NCBI GenBank assembly: GCA_963666285.1 | Contig: OY762711.1 | DNA length: 64,000 nucleotides | Origin: Sedimentisphaerales bacterium | Lineage (GTDB): Bacteria; Planctomycetota; Phycisphaerae; Sedimentisphaerales; SM23-30 | Strand: one strand, 5' to 3' | Part shown: one piece after another, positions 19,745 to 29,297 of the stretch | Position numbering within the stretch: the stretch's first letter is position 1 | Layout: the number at the start of each line of letters is the position of its first letter | Program-made: the position numbers and the translations under genes | The notes under the pieces: generated by a model | What the model was told of the DNA's origin: nothing | Seen by the model: the letters and a program-made list of their open reading frames with translations, nothing else | Database searches by the model: none

Positions 19745-22471
19745 TTGATGATTCTGGTAATTATCTTGCTGATACCTTTACCAAGCATTTTGGGGAAATC
19801 GGTAGACGGTAAGCCAGATGTCTGCGCGGCAGTGTTGAATGATTTTCCGCCGCTATATCAGCTGGATTCCAATAATGAGCCCGAAGGATTTGCAATAGAT
19901 CTGCTGGAAGAAATATCACGTCGCGAAGGTATTTCTATTTCGTACAAAAATGTAAATAACTGGGCTGAAGCTATCGATTTAATTCGTACAGGTGAAGCAG
20001 ATATTATACCAGGTATTGGAAAGTCAGAAGCCCGTCTGAGTGAATTTGCATTTACAGATGAAATGGAATCAATTCCAGTATCTTGTTTTGTTAAATATGG
20101 AAATAATGAAATAACTGGTAAAGAATCATTGAAAAAAAGCGGGGTAGTGACCGGTGTTATAGTTAAAAGTGCTGCCCAGACAGAACTGGAAGCTTTGGGG
20201 GGGGGTAATCTTAAAGTATTTGATAGTATTGATCCGGCATTAAACCAGCTGCTTTCGGGTGAGATAGATGCTTTTGTTTTTCCAGAGCCGATATTGCGTA
20301 AGAAGTTGTCTCAAATGACAATTTCAGAAAAAGTGTTTGTTGCAGGAGAGCCATTGATGTTTTTACATCGTGGATATATGATGGCAGAAGAAAATAGTGA
20401 GCTTTTGTCATTATTCAATAATGCTTTGGATTCAATCATGAAAGAGCCGTTTTATGCAAACCTATATAGTAAATGGTATGGTTCTGAAAAAGAGTATAAA
20501 ATGCCTCTTTGGATATTGGTACTAATTGGCAGTTTGGCTTTTATTGTGTTGATTGTGATAGTGTTTAACTTAATGTTAAGGCGTCAGGTAAAGAAACAGA
20601 CTGATGAAATTAAGGCAAATCATAAATTTGTAGATAATTTCTTAGAGGCTGCCGACTGTGTGGTATTGGTTCTCAATGAGGACTATGATATACAATATTG
20701 TAATTTGTATTCCCAGGAGTTGTTCGGTTACAGCAAAGCTGAAATGGAAGGTAAGAATTCCATAAAACTTCTTGTGCCGGAAATTGATACGAATGGGCAG
20801 CATACTCGAGAGCTTCTTGAAGAACGTTTAGGTCGTGGGGTTGTTGTTAGCCATATCAATCAAAATATTACAAAAGACGGACGGTTACTCTGGTTTGTCT
20901 GGACAAATAATGTAATTTATAATTCTCATACGGGAAAGAATGAGATTGTTGCTATAGGTTTTAATATAACAGTTCAGAAGGAAGCAGAAGAAAAGCTTCG
21001 TCAGGCACAACAGGAACTTGAGGTTATCCTGAATAATATGGCCGGTAGTGTGATATATCTGGATCGAGAGCTAAATATTATAAGAGTAAATAAAGAGACC
21101 GAGCGAATAATGGGTCTATCTCAAGATGAATTAATAGATAAAAAATGCTACAAAGTCATGTGTCATGCAGAAGAACCGTGTAATGATTGTTCTGCATTAC
21201 AGGCTATAAAAACCGGTGTACGCAGCAGAAATGAAACATTTTTATTGCTAAACGGCAGAAATTATGATGTTATTTCCACCCCGATAAAAGATATCCATGA
21301 TAATATTGTTGGAACTATATCAATTTTGAGTGATGTTACACAGCGTAGAAAGCTGGAGACCAATCTGAAAAATGCTCATGAAGCTTTAGAAAGATATAGT
21401 AAAGCTTTGGAGCATAAAGTTCAGGCAGGTAATCTCAAGATGGAGAAGCAGGAAGAGAATTTAAAACAGGCTCAAAACCAATTAATCCAGGCTGAAAAAA
21501 TGGCGTCTTTGGGCAGGCTTATTGCTGGTATTGGGCATGAAATTAATTCTCCGCTTGGTGCCATTCGTTCTTCTGGCGAAATTATACAACATGCTTTTGC
21601 GGAATTATCTGATTTATTTGAAGTCCTGGTAAAATGGCTAAGCAGTGAACAAAAGGATATTTTTTATGAGATGCTGGAGAAGGTTAAATCTTGTAAGATG
21701 GTTGATTTATCGAGTAGGGAACGGCGAGACCGGCGTAATACTATTATGTCTGAATTAGAGAAATTAGGAGTTGAAAAATCATTTGAACTAGCACAGCGTC
21801 TTGTAGATATAGGATTGTTCGATTCTATTGACAGATACGAGGTGATTTTTAATCACCCTGATGTTGATAAGCGAATACAGATTATACAGAATTTATCTCA
21901 GGTACATAATGGAACTAATATAATAGAATGGGCAGTTGAAAGAGCACATAGTCTCATTTATGCGTTAAGGAATTATATTCATACAGGTTCACGGTCTGAT
22001 ATGGTTCCTGTAGATGTGAAAGACAGTATCTCCATGGTGCTTATGCTGTATCATAATCAGATTAAACATGGTGTGGAAGTAGATCTTGATTTAGGTGATT
22101 TACCTGATATAATGGGTTTTCCAGATGAGTTAAACCAGGTCTGGAGTAATCTAATTAGCAATGCCCTTCAGGCAATGGAATATCAAGGAAATTTGACAAT
22201 AAAAGGTAGCGTAAAAGTAAATAATATAGTATTATCTTTTACAGATACAGGATGTGGAATTCCTGATGAAATTAAAGAAGCTATTTTTGAGCCTATGTTT
22301 ACAACTAAACCTGCGGGTGAAGGAACTGGAATAGGCCTTGATATAGTAAGTAAAATAGTCAAAAAACATAATGGTGTAATATCAGTTGAGAGTAAGCCGG
22401 GTGAAGGTGCAGTATTTATTGTAAGTCTGCCAGTAAGCCAGGAAATTTCCGAGACAGGAGGTGCAGTTTGA
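19745..22471 (+). CDS. Sensor histidine kinase: periplasmic SBP (family 3)-TM-PAS-PAS-HisKA-HATPase
   Basis: DFPPL..GFAIDLL SBP motif; HEINSPLGAI; ELNQVWSNL; DTGCG; GEGTGIGL. Confidence 0.9.
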   Translation: MMILVIILLIPLPSILGKSVDGKPDVCAAVLNDFPPLYQLDSNNEPEGFAIDLLEEISRREGISISYKNVNNWAEAIDLIRTGEADIIPGIGKSEARLSEFAFTDEMESIPVSCFVKYGNNEITGKESLKKSGVVTGVIVKSAAQTELEALGGGNLKVFDSIDPALNQLLSGEIDAFVFPEPILRKKLSQMTISEKVFVAGEPLMFLHRGYMMAEENSELLSLFNNALDSIMKEPFYANLYSKWYGSEKEYKMPLWILVLIGSLAFIVLIVIVFNLMLRRQVKKQTDEIKANHKFVDNFLEAADCVVLVLNEDYDIQYCNLYSQELFGYSKAEMEGKNSIKLLVPEIDTNGQHTRELLEERLGRGVVVSHINQNITKDGRLLWFVWTNNVIYNSHTGKNEIVAIGFNITVQKEAEEKLRQAQQELEVILNNMAGSVIYLDRELNIIRVNKETERIMGLSQDELIDKKCYKVMCHAEEPCNDCSALQAIKTGVRSRNETFLLLNGRNYDVISTPIKDIHDNIVGTISILSDVTQRRKLETNLKNAHEALERYSKALEHKVQAGNLKMEKQEENLKQAQNQLIQAEKMASLGRLIAGIGHEINSPLGAIRSSGEIIQHAFAELSDLFEVLVKWLSSEQKDIFYEMLEKVKSCKMVDLSSRERRDRRNTIMSELEKLGVEKSFELAQRLVDIGLFDSIDRYEVIFNHPDVDKRIQIIQNLSQVHNGTNIIEWAVERAHSLIYALRNYIHTGSRSDMVPVDVKDSISMVLMLYHNQIKHGVEVDLDLGDLPDIMGFPDELNQVWSNLISNALQAMEYQGNLTIKGSVKVNNIVLSFTDTGCGIPDEIKEAIFEPMFTTKPAGEGTGIGLDIVSKIVKKHNGVISVESKPGEGAVFIVSLPVSQEISETGGAV

Positions 22472-22890
22472 GTGCAGAAAAAAAGACTGCTATTTTATGT
22501 GTAGATGATGAGCGAATGATCCTTCAATCCTTGGAATTACAACTATCAGAGCACTTTCGTCCCCATCATTTGCTTGAATTTGCTGAAAGTGCCGAGGAAG
22601 GCCTTGAAATACTTGATGGCCTGCATGATTGTGGAGTAAAAGTGCTTGCGATAGTATCTGATTGGCTTATGCCTGGTATGAAGGGTGATGAATTCCTGAT
22701 TGCTGCGCATAAAAAATTTCCATATATCATAAAGATATTATTAACGGGTTTTGCAGATGAAAAGGCCTTAGAAAAGGTTAAGAAGGAAGCTGATCTCTAT
22801 ACTTGTATACGCAAACCGTGGACCAGTGAAGAGCTAATTAAAGTTTTAGATACAGCGTTAGGTGCTTTTGATATTCCTGAAGAATTATAA
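22468..22890 (+). CDS. Single-domain response regulator
   Basis: CVDDE, VSDWLMPGMKGDE, RKPW; start overlaps the kinase stop. Confidence 0.85.
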   Translation: MSAEKKTAILCVDDERMILQSLELQLSEHFRPHHLLEFAESAEEGLEILDGLHDCGVKVLAIVSDWLMPGMKGDEFLIAAHKKFPYIIKILLTGFADEKALEKVKKEADLYTCIRKPWTSEELIKVLDTALGAFDIPEEL

Positions 22891-22971
22891 AAATACACAT
22901 TATTTTTAATGTATGTGTTTTGCTATTTCTTTTGTTGATTCTGAATATTTGAGATTACTATTTTTTGCATG

Positions 22972-24954
22972 CTAGTCTATAAGGTTTTTTAACCACAATT
23001 CCCTAGGGGTTTTGTTTGAGTTGTTGGAGGTTTGTTCCGGTAAGGGCATGATATATTTTTCTTCCAGGTTAGTAATATCCTGATGGTAAGAGAAAATCAT
23101 GCAGCCTACTTCTTTACCAGATGAATAAAATTTTATAGATCGTATTATATCGTTGTATCTATCAATATCAAATACCAGGTAAGACAGGTTGTTTTCCGGG
23201 AAAGGTAGAATTCTCACTATAGCATCAGTATCACTTTCGCTTACAATTTCAAAAGGTATTTTGTATCTGGCTGCATCTCTGCAAACAGAGTCTACAAATG
23301 CAAATCCCGTCCAGGGGCGTGGTAAGCAGGTAAAAAGCGAATTATCTTGATAATACCGGTAATTTCCATCTGTTGAAATACTGGCCGGTGCGTTTTCGTA
23401 ATCAATATATATATCTTTGCCGATTTCCAGGTAAAAATATGGTTTATAATTATTGTATTTATTATACACGAATGGTAAGCGGCCAAAACCAGCTAGAGTT
23501 TTATTGTTGATGCTCCCTTTTATGTCGAAGTAAGTCCATCCTCTTTTATGCATCAGGTCGCGTTGGTCGATAATTTTTTCCGGTTTTTGAGGCCAATCGG
23601 TGGTTAAGCTGTTAATGTCCAGGGTATTGTAGTTATATTCAAATATGAGATTATTGTAATCTTTTGTACGATTATCAATAGTGGAATTTACCACTCTGCT
23701 AAAGAACCCCCGGTTGTATTTCAGCCTGCTGTCTGTACCAATTTGCTCATAAATGAAATCCATCATTGCAGGTGGGTCGGTGGGTAGAATGAGCATTCTA
23801 AGCGGATCATTTGTTATATACATCTGTTTTGATCCGGATTCATAATAATAGTTTGCGTTACCATCCTGCAGCCACCTGCAGAGCCGGCTTTTTTCAGGCA
23901 TGCCAATTCTGAACATGAATCTTAGTATTGGCCCATCAGGTCCTTCAGGCATAAATATTTTCTGTTCGTAGAAGCCTTTACAACCGTATTCCCATGAACT
24001 TTTAAGGCGGCTTTTTGAAAGGCTGAGTGAGTTATTGTATATGTTCTGATTGTGTTTATTTTCAAGTCGATATAGTCCCTGAACATTGTAGTGGACACTG
24101 GTAACATTGTTGCGACTATTAAAGTAGAAAGCCGAGATTATGCCGCTTGTAAAGATAAGTAAGGCAACAATTGCTGATTTAACAGGGTTTGCTGTGGCTG
24201 AACAGAATATTTTGATGGCAGGTCCAGAGATAATCGAAGCGGATTTGGCAGCAGCCAATGAAGTACCCGTAACAGAAACTGCGGAAGCGGCAGCTTCGGA
24301 ATGGGCAGTAATTTTGCCAAAAAAAGTTAATGCAAGGGCAAGAGAAGCTTTACTGAAACCTTGCTTTTTAAGTGACAGGCGAATTTTTTCCAGTCCTCTA
24401 TGAAAATCTACTCGTGCGCTTACCTCGCTAATATTCAAGATTGTGCCGATTTCTCTAAAAGACATGTCTTCAAAACATCTAAGTGATATTGTCTGGCGTT
24501 GGCGGGGTTTAAGCATTGATACGGCCTGCCTGATCGTATCGCTAAGTTCTCTTGTCATAAGTCTGGCTTCAGGCGAGGAATCGTCCGACGCAGCTTTTTC
24601 GATCATGATGTCCTGAAATGATACCAGTTTTTTTCGACGGGCATTCTGGCGGTAATGGTCAATAATGCAGTTAGAAGCGATTTTGAAGATCCAACCCCAA
24701 AAAGCTTCCGGTTTTTTCAGGCTTCCGATTTTATCGATCATAATGAGCATGGTTTCCTGGAGGATGTCGTCTGTAAGGTTGTCATCCAGTGTGCTGCGAT
24801 AGATATAGGATCGAAGTTTTAATGATATTTTGGAGGAAAGTTCTCTTTGACTGCTTAAGTTGCCTTCAATGGCTTCCAAGATAATAATATTAAGATAATT
24901 TTGCTCAGCCTTGCTGTCTGGGCCTACCGTACTGTTGTTGTGTTCTGGACTCAT
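22972..24954 (-). CDS. ECF sigma factor with a long C-terminal extension (TM plus about 380-aa domain)
   Basis: Sigma2 DDILQET..FWGWIFKIASN; sigma4 MSFREIG..L; TM SAIVALLIFTSGIISAFYF. Confidence 0.8.
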   Translation of the reverse strand: MSPEHNNSTVGPDSKAEQNYLNIIILEAIEGNLSSQRELSSKISLKLRSYIYRSTLDDNLTDDILQETMLIMIDKIGSLKKPEAFWGWIFKIASNCIIDHYRQNARRKKLVSFQDIMIEKAASDDSSPEARLMTRELSDTIRQAVSMLKPRQRQTISLRCFEDMSFREIGTILNISEVSARVDFHRGLEKIRLSLKKQGFSKASLALALTFFGKITAHSEAAASAVSVTGTSLAAAKSASIISGPAIKIFCSATANPVKSAIVALLIFTSGIISAFYFNSRNNVTSVHYNVQGLYRLENKHNQNIYNNSLSLSKSRLKSSWEYGCKGFYEQKIFMPEGPDGPILRFMFRIGMPEKSRLCRWLQDGNANYYYESGSKQMYITNDPLRMLILPTDPPAMMDFIYEQIGTDSRLKYNRGFFSRVVNSTIDNRTKDYNNLIFEYNYNTLDINSLTTDWPQKPEKIIDQRDLMHKRGWTYFDIKGSINNKTLAGFGRLPFVYNKYNNYKPYFYLEIGKDIYIDYENAPASISTDGNYRYYQDNSLFTCLPRPWTGFAFVDSVCRDAARYKIPFEIVSESDTDAIVRILPFPENNLSYLVFDIDRYNDIIRSIKFYSSGKEVGCMIFSYHQDITNLEEKYIMPLPEQTSNNSNKTPRELWLKNLID

Positions 24955-25083
24955 TATATTGTATTAGTCTTATAATAAAAATTAGTAACCATAAAGTTCT
25001 ATTAAACAATAGCTTACGCGAACAATCAAGCTTTTTTCTGAAGTTTGGCCAATGATAAAATGTTATTTGTTAGATATAACAAC

Positions 25084-25110
25084 AGACGATGCGTAGAACT
25101 ATTTGTTACA
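25084..25110 (-). promoter_or_regulatory. Putative autoregulatory ECF promoter
   Basis: Minus-strand TGTAAC-N16-CGTCT, about 130 nt upstream of the ECF start. Confidence 0.55.
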
Positions 25111-25165
25111 TTAATAATTATTTTTTCATGAAACCTGATAGAATTTAATACTTGTTGTGAATGTA

Positions 25166-25192
25166 TGTAACATATTTAGGTTTGGCTTGTAT
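25166..25192 (+). promoter_or_regulatory. Putative ECF promoter facing the LURP-family gene
   Basis: TGTAAC-N16-TGTAT. Confidence 0.4.
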
Positions 25193-25204
25193 TTAGAAGT
25201 GTCT

Positions 25205-25419
25205 AATAGTACGCTTTCGTACTTTTGACTGTTCAACGTTATCCGCAAAGGTCAGAACAGGGCCAATTAAGTGAAAAACGAATAATGAAAAGATAATTAA
25301 GGTGTTCGACTATCGTCTCACGCTTTGTTAAAACATAAACGTTGCAGGAAGGCCTTTTAGTCGAATTACCAAAGGCACTTCGTTATTGCAACTTGAAAAG
25401 TGCGAAAGTAAACTAATAT
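25205..25419 (-). mobile_element. MITE-like non-coding element (full-length copy)
   Basis: Inverted ends CTTTCGCACTTTT / AAAAGTACGAAAG (12 of 13 match); both end modules match 62737-62928. Confidence 0.7.
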
Positions 25420-25472
25420 AATATATGATATTATGTGAAACAATTGATCGAACAGGGAAAGGATATTTAACA

Positions 25473-25955
25473 GTGCGTTATATGATGAAGCAAAAAATTT
25501 GGGCAATGGGTAATGACTTTACAATAAAGAATGAGAATAATGAGTCAGTATATCTTATTGACGGCAAGGCTTTTTCTTTTGGGGATAAGCTCAGTTTTCA
25601 GGATTCACAGGGTAATGAGCTGGCATATATTTCACAGAAACTTTTGAGTTTTAAAAAATGTTATGAGATATATAACGATGGTGAGTTGTTTGCTGAAGTA
25701 AGAAAAGATTTTACATTATTCAGAGATAAATATACTGTGGACATACCCGGGCCAAACGATTATGAAGTCAGAGGTGACTTTTTTGATCATGAATACAGCT
25801 TTTATCGTAAAGGGATAGAAGTGGCAATGGTTTCCAAAAGCTATTTTACCTGGTCTGATGTCTTTGGGATTGATATTATAGAAGGTGAAGATGATGTGCT
25901 TATTTTAGCTGCAGCAGTTGTGATAGATCTGGTTAATGATGATAAGGAGTATTGA
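25473..25955 (+). CDS. LURP-one-related/YxjI (Tubby C-like) protein
   Basis: MRYMMKQK start (GTG 25473 with SD AAGGA); SKSYFTWSDVFGIDI; LILAAAVVID. Confidence 0.75.
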   Translation: MRYMMKQKIWAMGNDFTIKNENNESVYLIDGKAFSFGDKLSFQDSQGNELAYISQKLLSFKKCYEIYNDGELFAEVRKDFTLFRDKYTVDIPGPNDYEVRGDFFDHEYSFYRKGIEVAMVSKSYFTWSDVFGIDIIEGEDDVLILAAAVVIDLVNDDKEY

Positions 25956-26044
25956 GTCTGGAAAAGGTGATACATATTTTTGCATTAGCTTAGCAAAGTT
26001 TGCTATAAGAACTGGTAATTAACGACAAACAACAGGAGTATAAT

Positions 26045-26473
26045 ATGACTGACATAAAGAAAAAAGTAATAGAGATGCTGAGAATACCTCAGTTATCATC
26101 ACTGGCTACAATTACTTTGGACGGTTTACCTTGGACAAGATATGTTATGATCCAGGCGGATGATGATTTTAATATACGTTCAGCAGTATGCCTGGATTCG
26201 AGAAAAGTTGAGCAGGTAGGGAAGAACCCGGAAGTTCATATTACTTTTGGTATTAATGATCCACAAAAGGATATGGGCAGGCCGTATGTTCAGATCCAGG
26301 GCAGGGCACGGATAGTAAATGATCAGTTAGAAAAAAATGCATACTGGTTTGAAATGCTGTCAATGGTATTTAAAGGGCCGGAAGATCCGAATTATGCAGT
26401 CATGATAGTAGAGCCTTACCGGGTAGAATTTAATAATCCTGGAGAAATGGTTCCAGAAATATGGGAAAAATAG
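26045..26473 (+). CDS. Pyridoxamine 5'-phosphate oxidase-like / general stress protein 26 (FMN-binding split barrel)
   Basis: LATIT.DG.P..R, SRKVEQV..NP.V, FKGPEDPNY. Confidence 0.75.
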   Translation: MTDIKKKVIEMLRIPQLSSLATITLDGLPWTRYVMIQADDDFNIRSAVCLDSRKVEQVGKNPEVHITFGINDPQKDMGRPYVQIQGRARIVNDQLEKNAYWFEMLSMVFKGPEDPNYAVMIVEPYRVEFNNPGEMVPEIWEK

Positions 26474-26556
26474 TTCTCGCAAGCTTAATATGATACTGTA
26501 CAGAATTATAATAAACTCAATTAGAGCTGGTGAGTTTTATACGTAACAAGAAATAA

Positions 26557-27156
26557 TTATTTACTAAAAACAATATTTCTAGGGACAGCAGCAATTGACA
26601 TATTCTTTGTTATGCCGGATTGAGAAACAGCAAAGTTTAACGATACTTTTGTTACCGTGCCGCTTGGAAAGCCGTCTGCCAAAGGAGGGTAGCTCAGGCT
26701 GAAGATGTCAATAGCAGGATCTATGGGGATGACATTTTCCAATAAAATTGCAGGAGTACCAGAGTCAATTTGAATTGTTAGTTTCTGTTCGTTTGCATTA
26801 TACTGGTAGACAATATCTCTTGCATCTGCATCTGTCAGGCTCAGAGAATTGCCATCAGTAGATACAGTAATAAGAGCTATGTCCGGATCATTATATGCTG
26901 ATCGTATAATTGAACTAAACTGATGGCTAAAGTTTCTGTGTAATGTGTTTATTGTATTAATATTTGTATTGGTGTCATAATTTTTAAATGCAGCATCAAA
27001 GGCGGCACCTGTAGCTACAAACAATATCGTCATTATAGCCATAGTAATAAGGATTTCGATAAGAGTGAAACCTGAATTTTTTCTGCGGCTATTAGTTGAT
27101 GATTTGCCTGTGATATATGTTTGCCTAAAACTAATATTGTGTAATTTATTTTGCAT
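26557..27156 (-). CDS. Minor pilin (PilW/GspJ-like)
   Basis: Class III signal SG|FTLIEILITM. Confidence 0.8.
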   Translation of the reverse strand: MQNKLHNISFRQTYITGKSSTNSRRKNSGFTLIEILITMAIMTILFVATGAAFDAAFKNYDTNTNINTINTLHRNFSHQFSSIIRSAYNDPDIALITVSTDGNSLSLTDADARDIVYQYNANEQKLTIQIDSGTPAILLENVIPIDPAIDIFSLSYPPLADGFPSGTVTKVSLNFAVSQSGITKNMSIAAVPRNIVFSK

Positions 27157-27183
27157 GATTATACCTGTTGTTTAAATATGATA

Positions 27184-28773
27184 TTACAGTTCCACGTAAC
27201 TGTTGGGGTTAGGTTCAAATACTATTGGTGTTGTAACTCCACTTGGCAGCATGGCATCCGGATCAGGTGTTATATTAATAGTTCCGATATCGCCAGGCTC
27301 GGTCGATTCGCTACCACCATCATCCAAAGTAACTCCAATATTTGTTACATAACCACTGGTCCAATTGGTAGTGTCACACATTGAGATGATTGTACCATAT
27401 ACATTAGCGTTACCACGTACGTCAACAATACCTCCGACAATAGCGCCGGTAAGTGTATTTTCGTCACCAGCTATTGGATTTGCGTTACCAAGGTTAACGT
27501 TAAAGTGTGGTGCAAGAATTTTTGTAGGGTCTTCTCCGTCTTCACAGTTAAAAGTTGCACTTCCTGTAAAATAGAGACAGTTTTCTTTCCATTTGAGATA
27601 TTGAGGGACGTCAGTTACTATTGCCCCGTTAAAAGTGCAGTCTTCAAAACGTATATTATTGTAGTAGGTGCTAGCAGATTTATAACAGTCGATGTATAAT
27701 GTTTCATCAAAAGTGCAGTTAATAAATAATGCATTGTAATTATCCGGAACACGAACATTTGTAAAATTCTGGTTGCGATATACTTTGCGATACAGTTTTC
27801 TAGACGAGCTGGAGCTTGGATAGCTGTAAGTACCGGCAGAATGTGGGAAGTATTCAACTTTGGTCTCTGAACTACTGGGCAGACTGGTAAGCCCGGTATT
27901 ATATTCATCGGTGTTGTAGTCGGAAATATCCATGCCAGGAACACTAGACTGCATACCGTAATTAATACCCTGATGGCTTCCCTGTATTTCATCACTATAG
28001 CTGACTACAGGATTTCCGTCAGAATCGTAAATAATATCTCCGTTAGAGTCGAGAGTTTCCATTTGCCAGCTGGAATTCATAACCTGCTGTTTGGTAAACA
28101 CGGTATTTATTGTACCATTTACAGTAGAGTCGCTGGTGACATTGAATGGCGAACAGGCGATATTGTCCCAGGCGCTGTAAAGATCGCCGTCGATAGTGGA
28201 ATCGCCGGTAAGCCAGATACGGCCACGGCTGGCAATGGCATATTCGAGTACATCAGCACTTTTGCATATGTCAAAAGCAATCATTATTTTGCGTGAGATA
28301 CTATCGGCATTTCCTTCAGAAGTTACAATTATCTTACGCTCGGTTTCTGTCGAATCTGAAAGATTGCAAATAAGATTGAAGGTTGAGTTAATATCGTTTG
28401 ACAATTGAATGTCAGGAATAATGATTTGGTCGCTGGTAATGACTAAGTTTCCCGTCATTACTGTAGAATTATTGAGTATCGCAGCGATATGACTGGAAAG
28501 AGAGCTGAAAGCTGTTACGGAGTCGTCATAGGTAACATAGTTTTTGTCAGTATAGCATGTACTCGGTGGAGTCCAGCCATTGATAAGCCTGCGGAAAAAT
28601 TGAAGTCCGTTTTCAGCTGATACTTGAGCAATTGACATTGCCTGGTGGTTTTCTGACATTTCCTTATTCATACTTGTTGCGCTGATAAACGTAACGGCAA
28701 GGGCCGAAAATGTGATCAGAAAGAATAAGGCCATTATTGAAACGAAAGCTTTTTTGTTATTTGTTTTTTTCAT
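27184..28773 (-). CDS. Large PilX/GspK-like minor pilin
   Basis: KKA|FVSIMAL lacking Glu+5; QVSAENGL; VTSEG. Confidence 0.7.
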   Translation of the reverse strand: MKKTNNKKAFVSIMALFFLITFSALAVTFISATSMNKEMSENHQAMSIAQVSAENGLQFFRRLINGWTPPSTCYTDKNYVTYDDSVTAFSSLSSHIAAILNNSTVMTGNLVITSDQIIIPDIQLSNDINSTFNLICNLSDSTETERKIIVTSEGNADSISRKIMIAFDICKSADVLEYAIASRGRIWLTGDSTIDGDLYSAWDNIACSPFNVTSDSTVNGTINTVFTKQQVMNSSWQMETLDSNGDIIYDSDGNPVVSYSDEIQGSHQGINYGMQSSVPGMDISDYNTDEYNTGLTSLPSSSETKVEYFPHSAGTYSYPSSSSSRKLYRKVYRNQNFTNVRVPDNYNALFINCTFDETLYIDCYKSASTYYNNIRFEDCTFNGAIVTDVPQYLKWKENCLYFTGSATFNCEDGEDPTKILAPHFNVNLGNANPIAGDENTLTGAIVGGIVDVRGNANVYGTIISMCDTTNWTSGYVTNIGVTLDDGGSESTEPGDIGTINITPDPDAMLPSGVTTPIVFEPNPNSYVEL

Positions 28774-28868
28774 AATTTCACCAGTAAATAAAATGTTAAT
28801 AATGTCTGCCTCTGGTGATTAAAATCTACTTTTGAATAAGTAGAACAACTTTAATTATATAATCATAA

Positions 28869-29291
28869 CTACGGTGCAGTTTTGAGCCATTTGTTAGTTA
28901 CCATTGTCTGACCGTTATTTGTAACCGTAACAGTTACAAGGTAAGCTTCAGGTGGATCGCTTGATGAAGCAGCCATATTTGGCATACTAACCTGTTGGAC
29001 GGAGATTGCCTGGGTGAAAGCTTCCATGCCGGGTATCGGGTTATAATCACTATCTACCCCGGTTAGCGAGATACTGTCAAGGTCAGAGAGGTCATTGAAT
29101 GCTGTCTGGTCGATAATAGTACCTATCTGTTCAGCAAGAAAAACCGCATCTGACAGTTCTCCGCCATATTCATTAACACTGGTTCCGGCAGCCATAGAGA
29201 ACATAAGTCCGGTAATGCCCAGGCCTACAATGCTGATAGCAATAACCATTTCGACAAGTGTGAAGGCTTTTTTGTTATTTCTTTTTTTCAT
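28869..29291 (-). CDS. Minor pilin (PilV/GspI-like)
   Basis: KKA|FTLVEMVIA; AVFLAEQ. Confidence 0.75.
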   Translation of the reverse strand: MKKRNNKKAFTLVEMVIAISIVGLGITGLMFSMAAGTSVNEYGGELSDAVFLAEQIGTIIDQTAFNDLSDLDSISLTGVDSDYNPIPGMEAFTQAISVQQVSMPNMAASSSDPPEAYLVTVTVTNNGQTMVTNKWLKTAP

Positions 29292-29297
29292 GTTTTT

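Noticed and set aside
25984..26008. TTAGCAAAGTTTGCTA dyad as CIRCE
   Set aside because: Arms and spacing do not fit TTAGCACTC-N9-GAGTGCTAA
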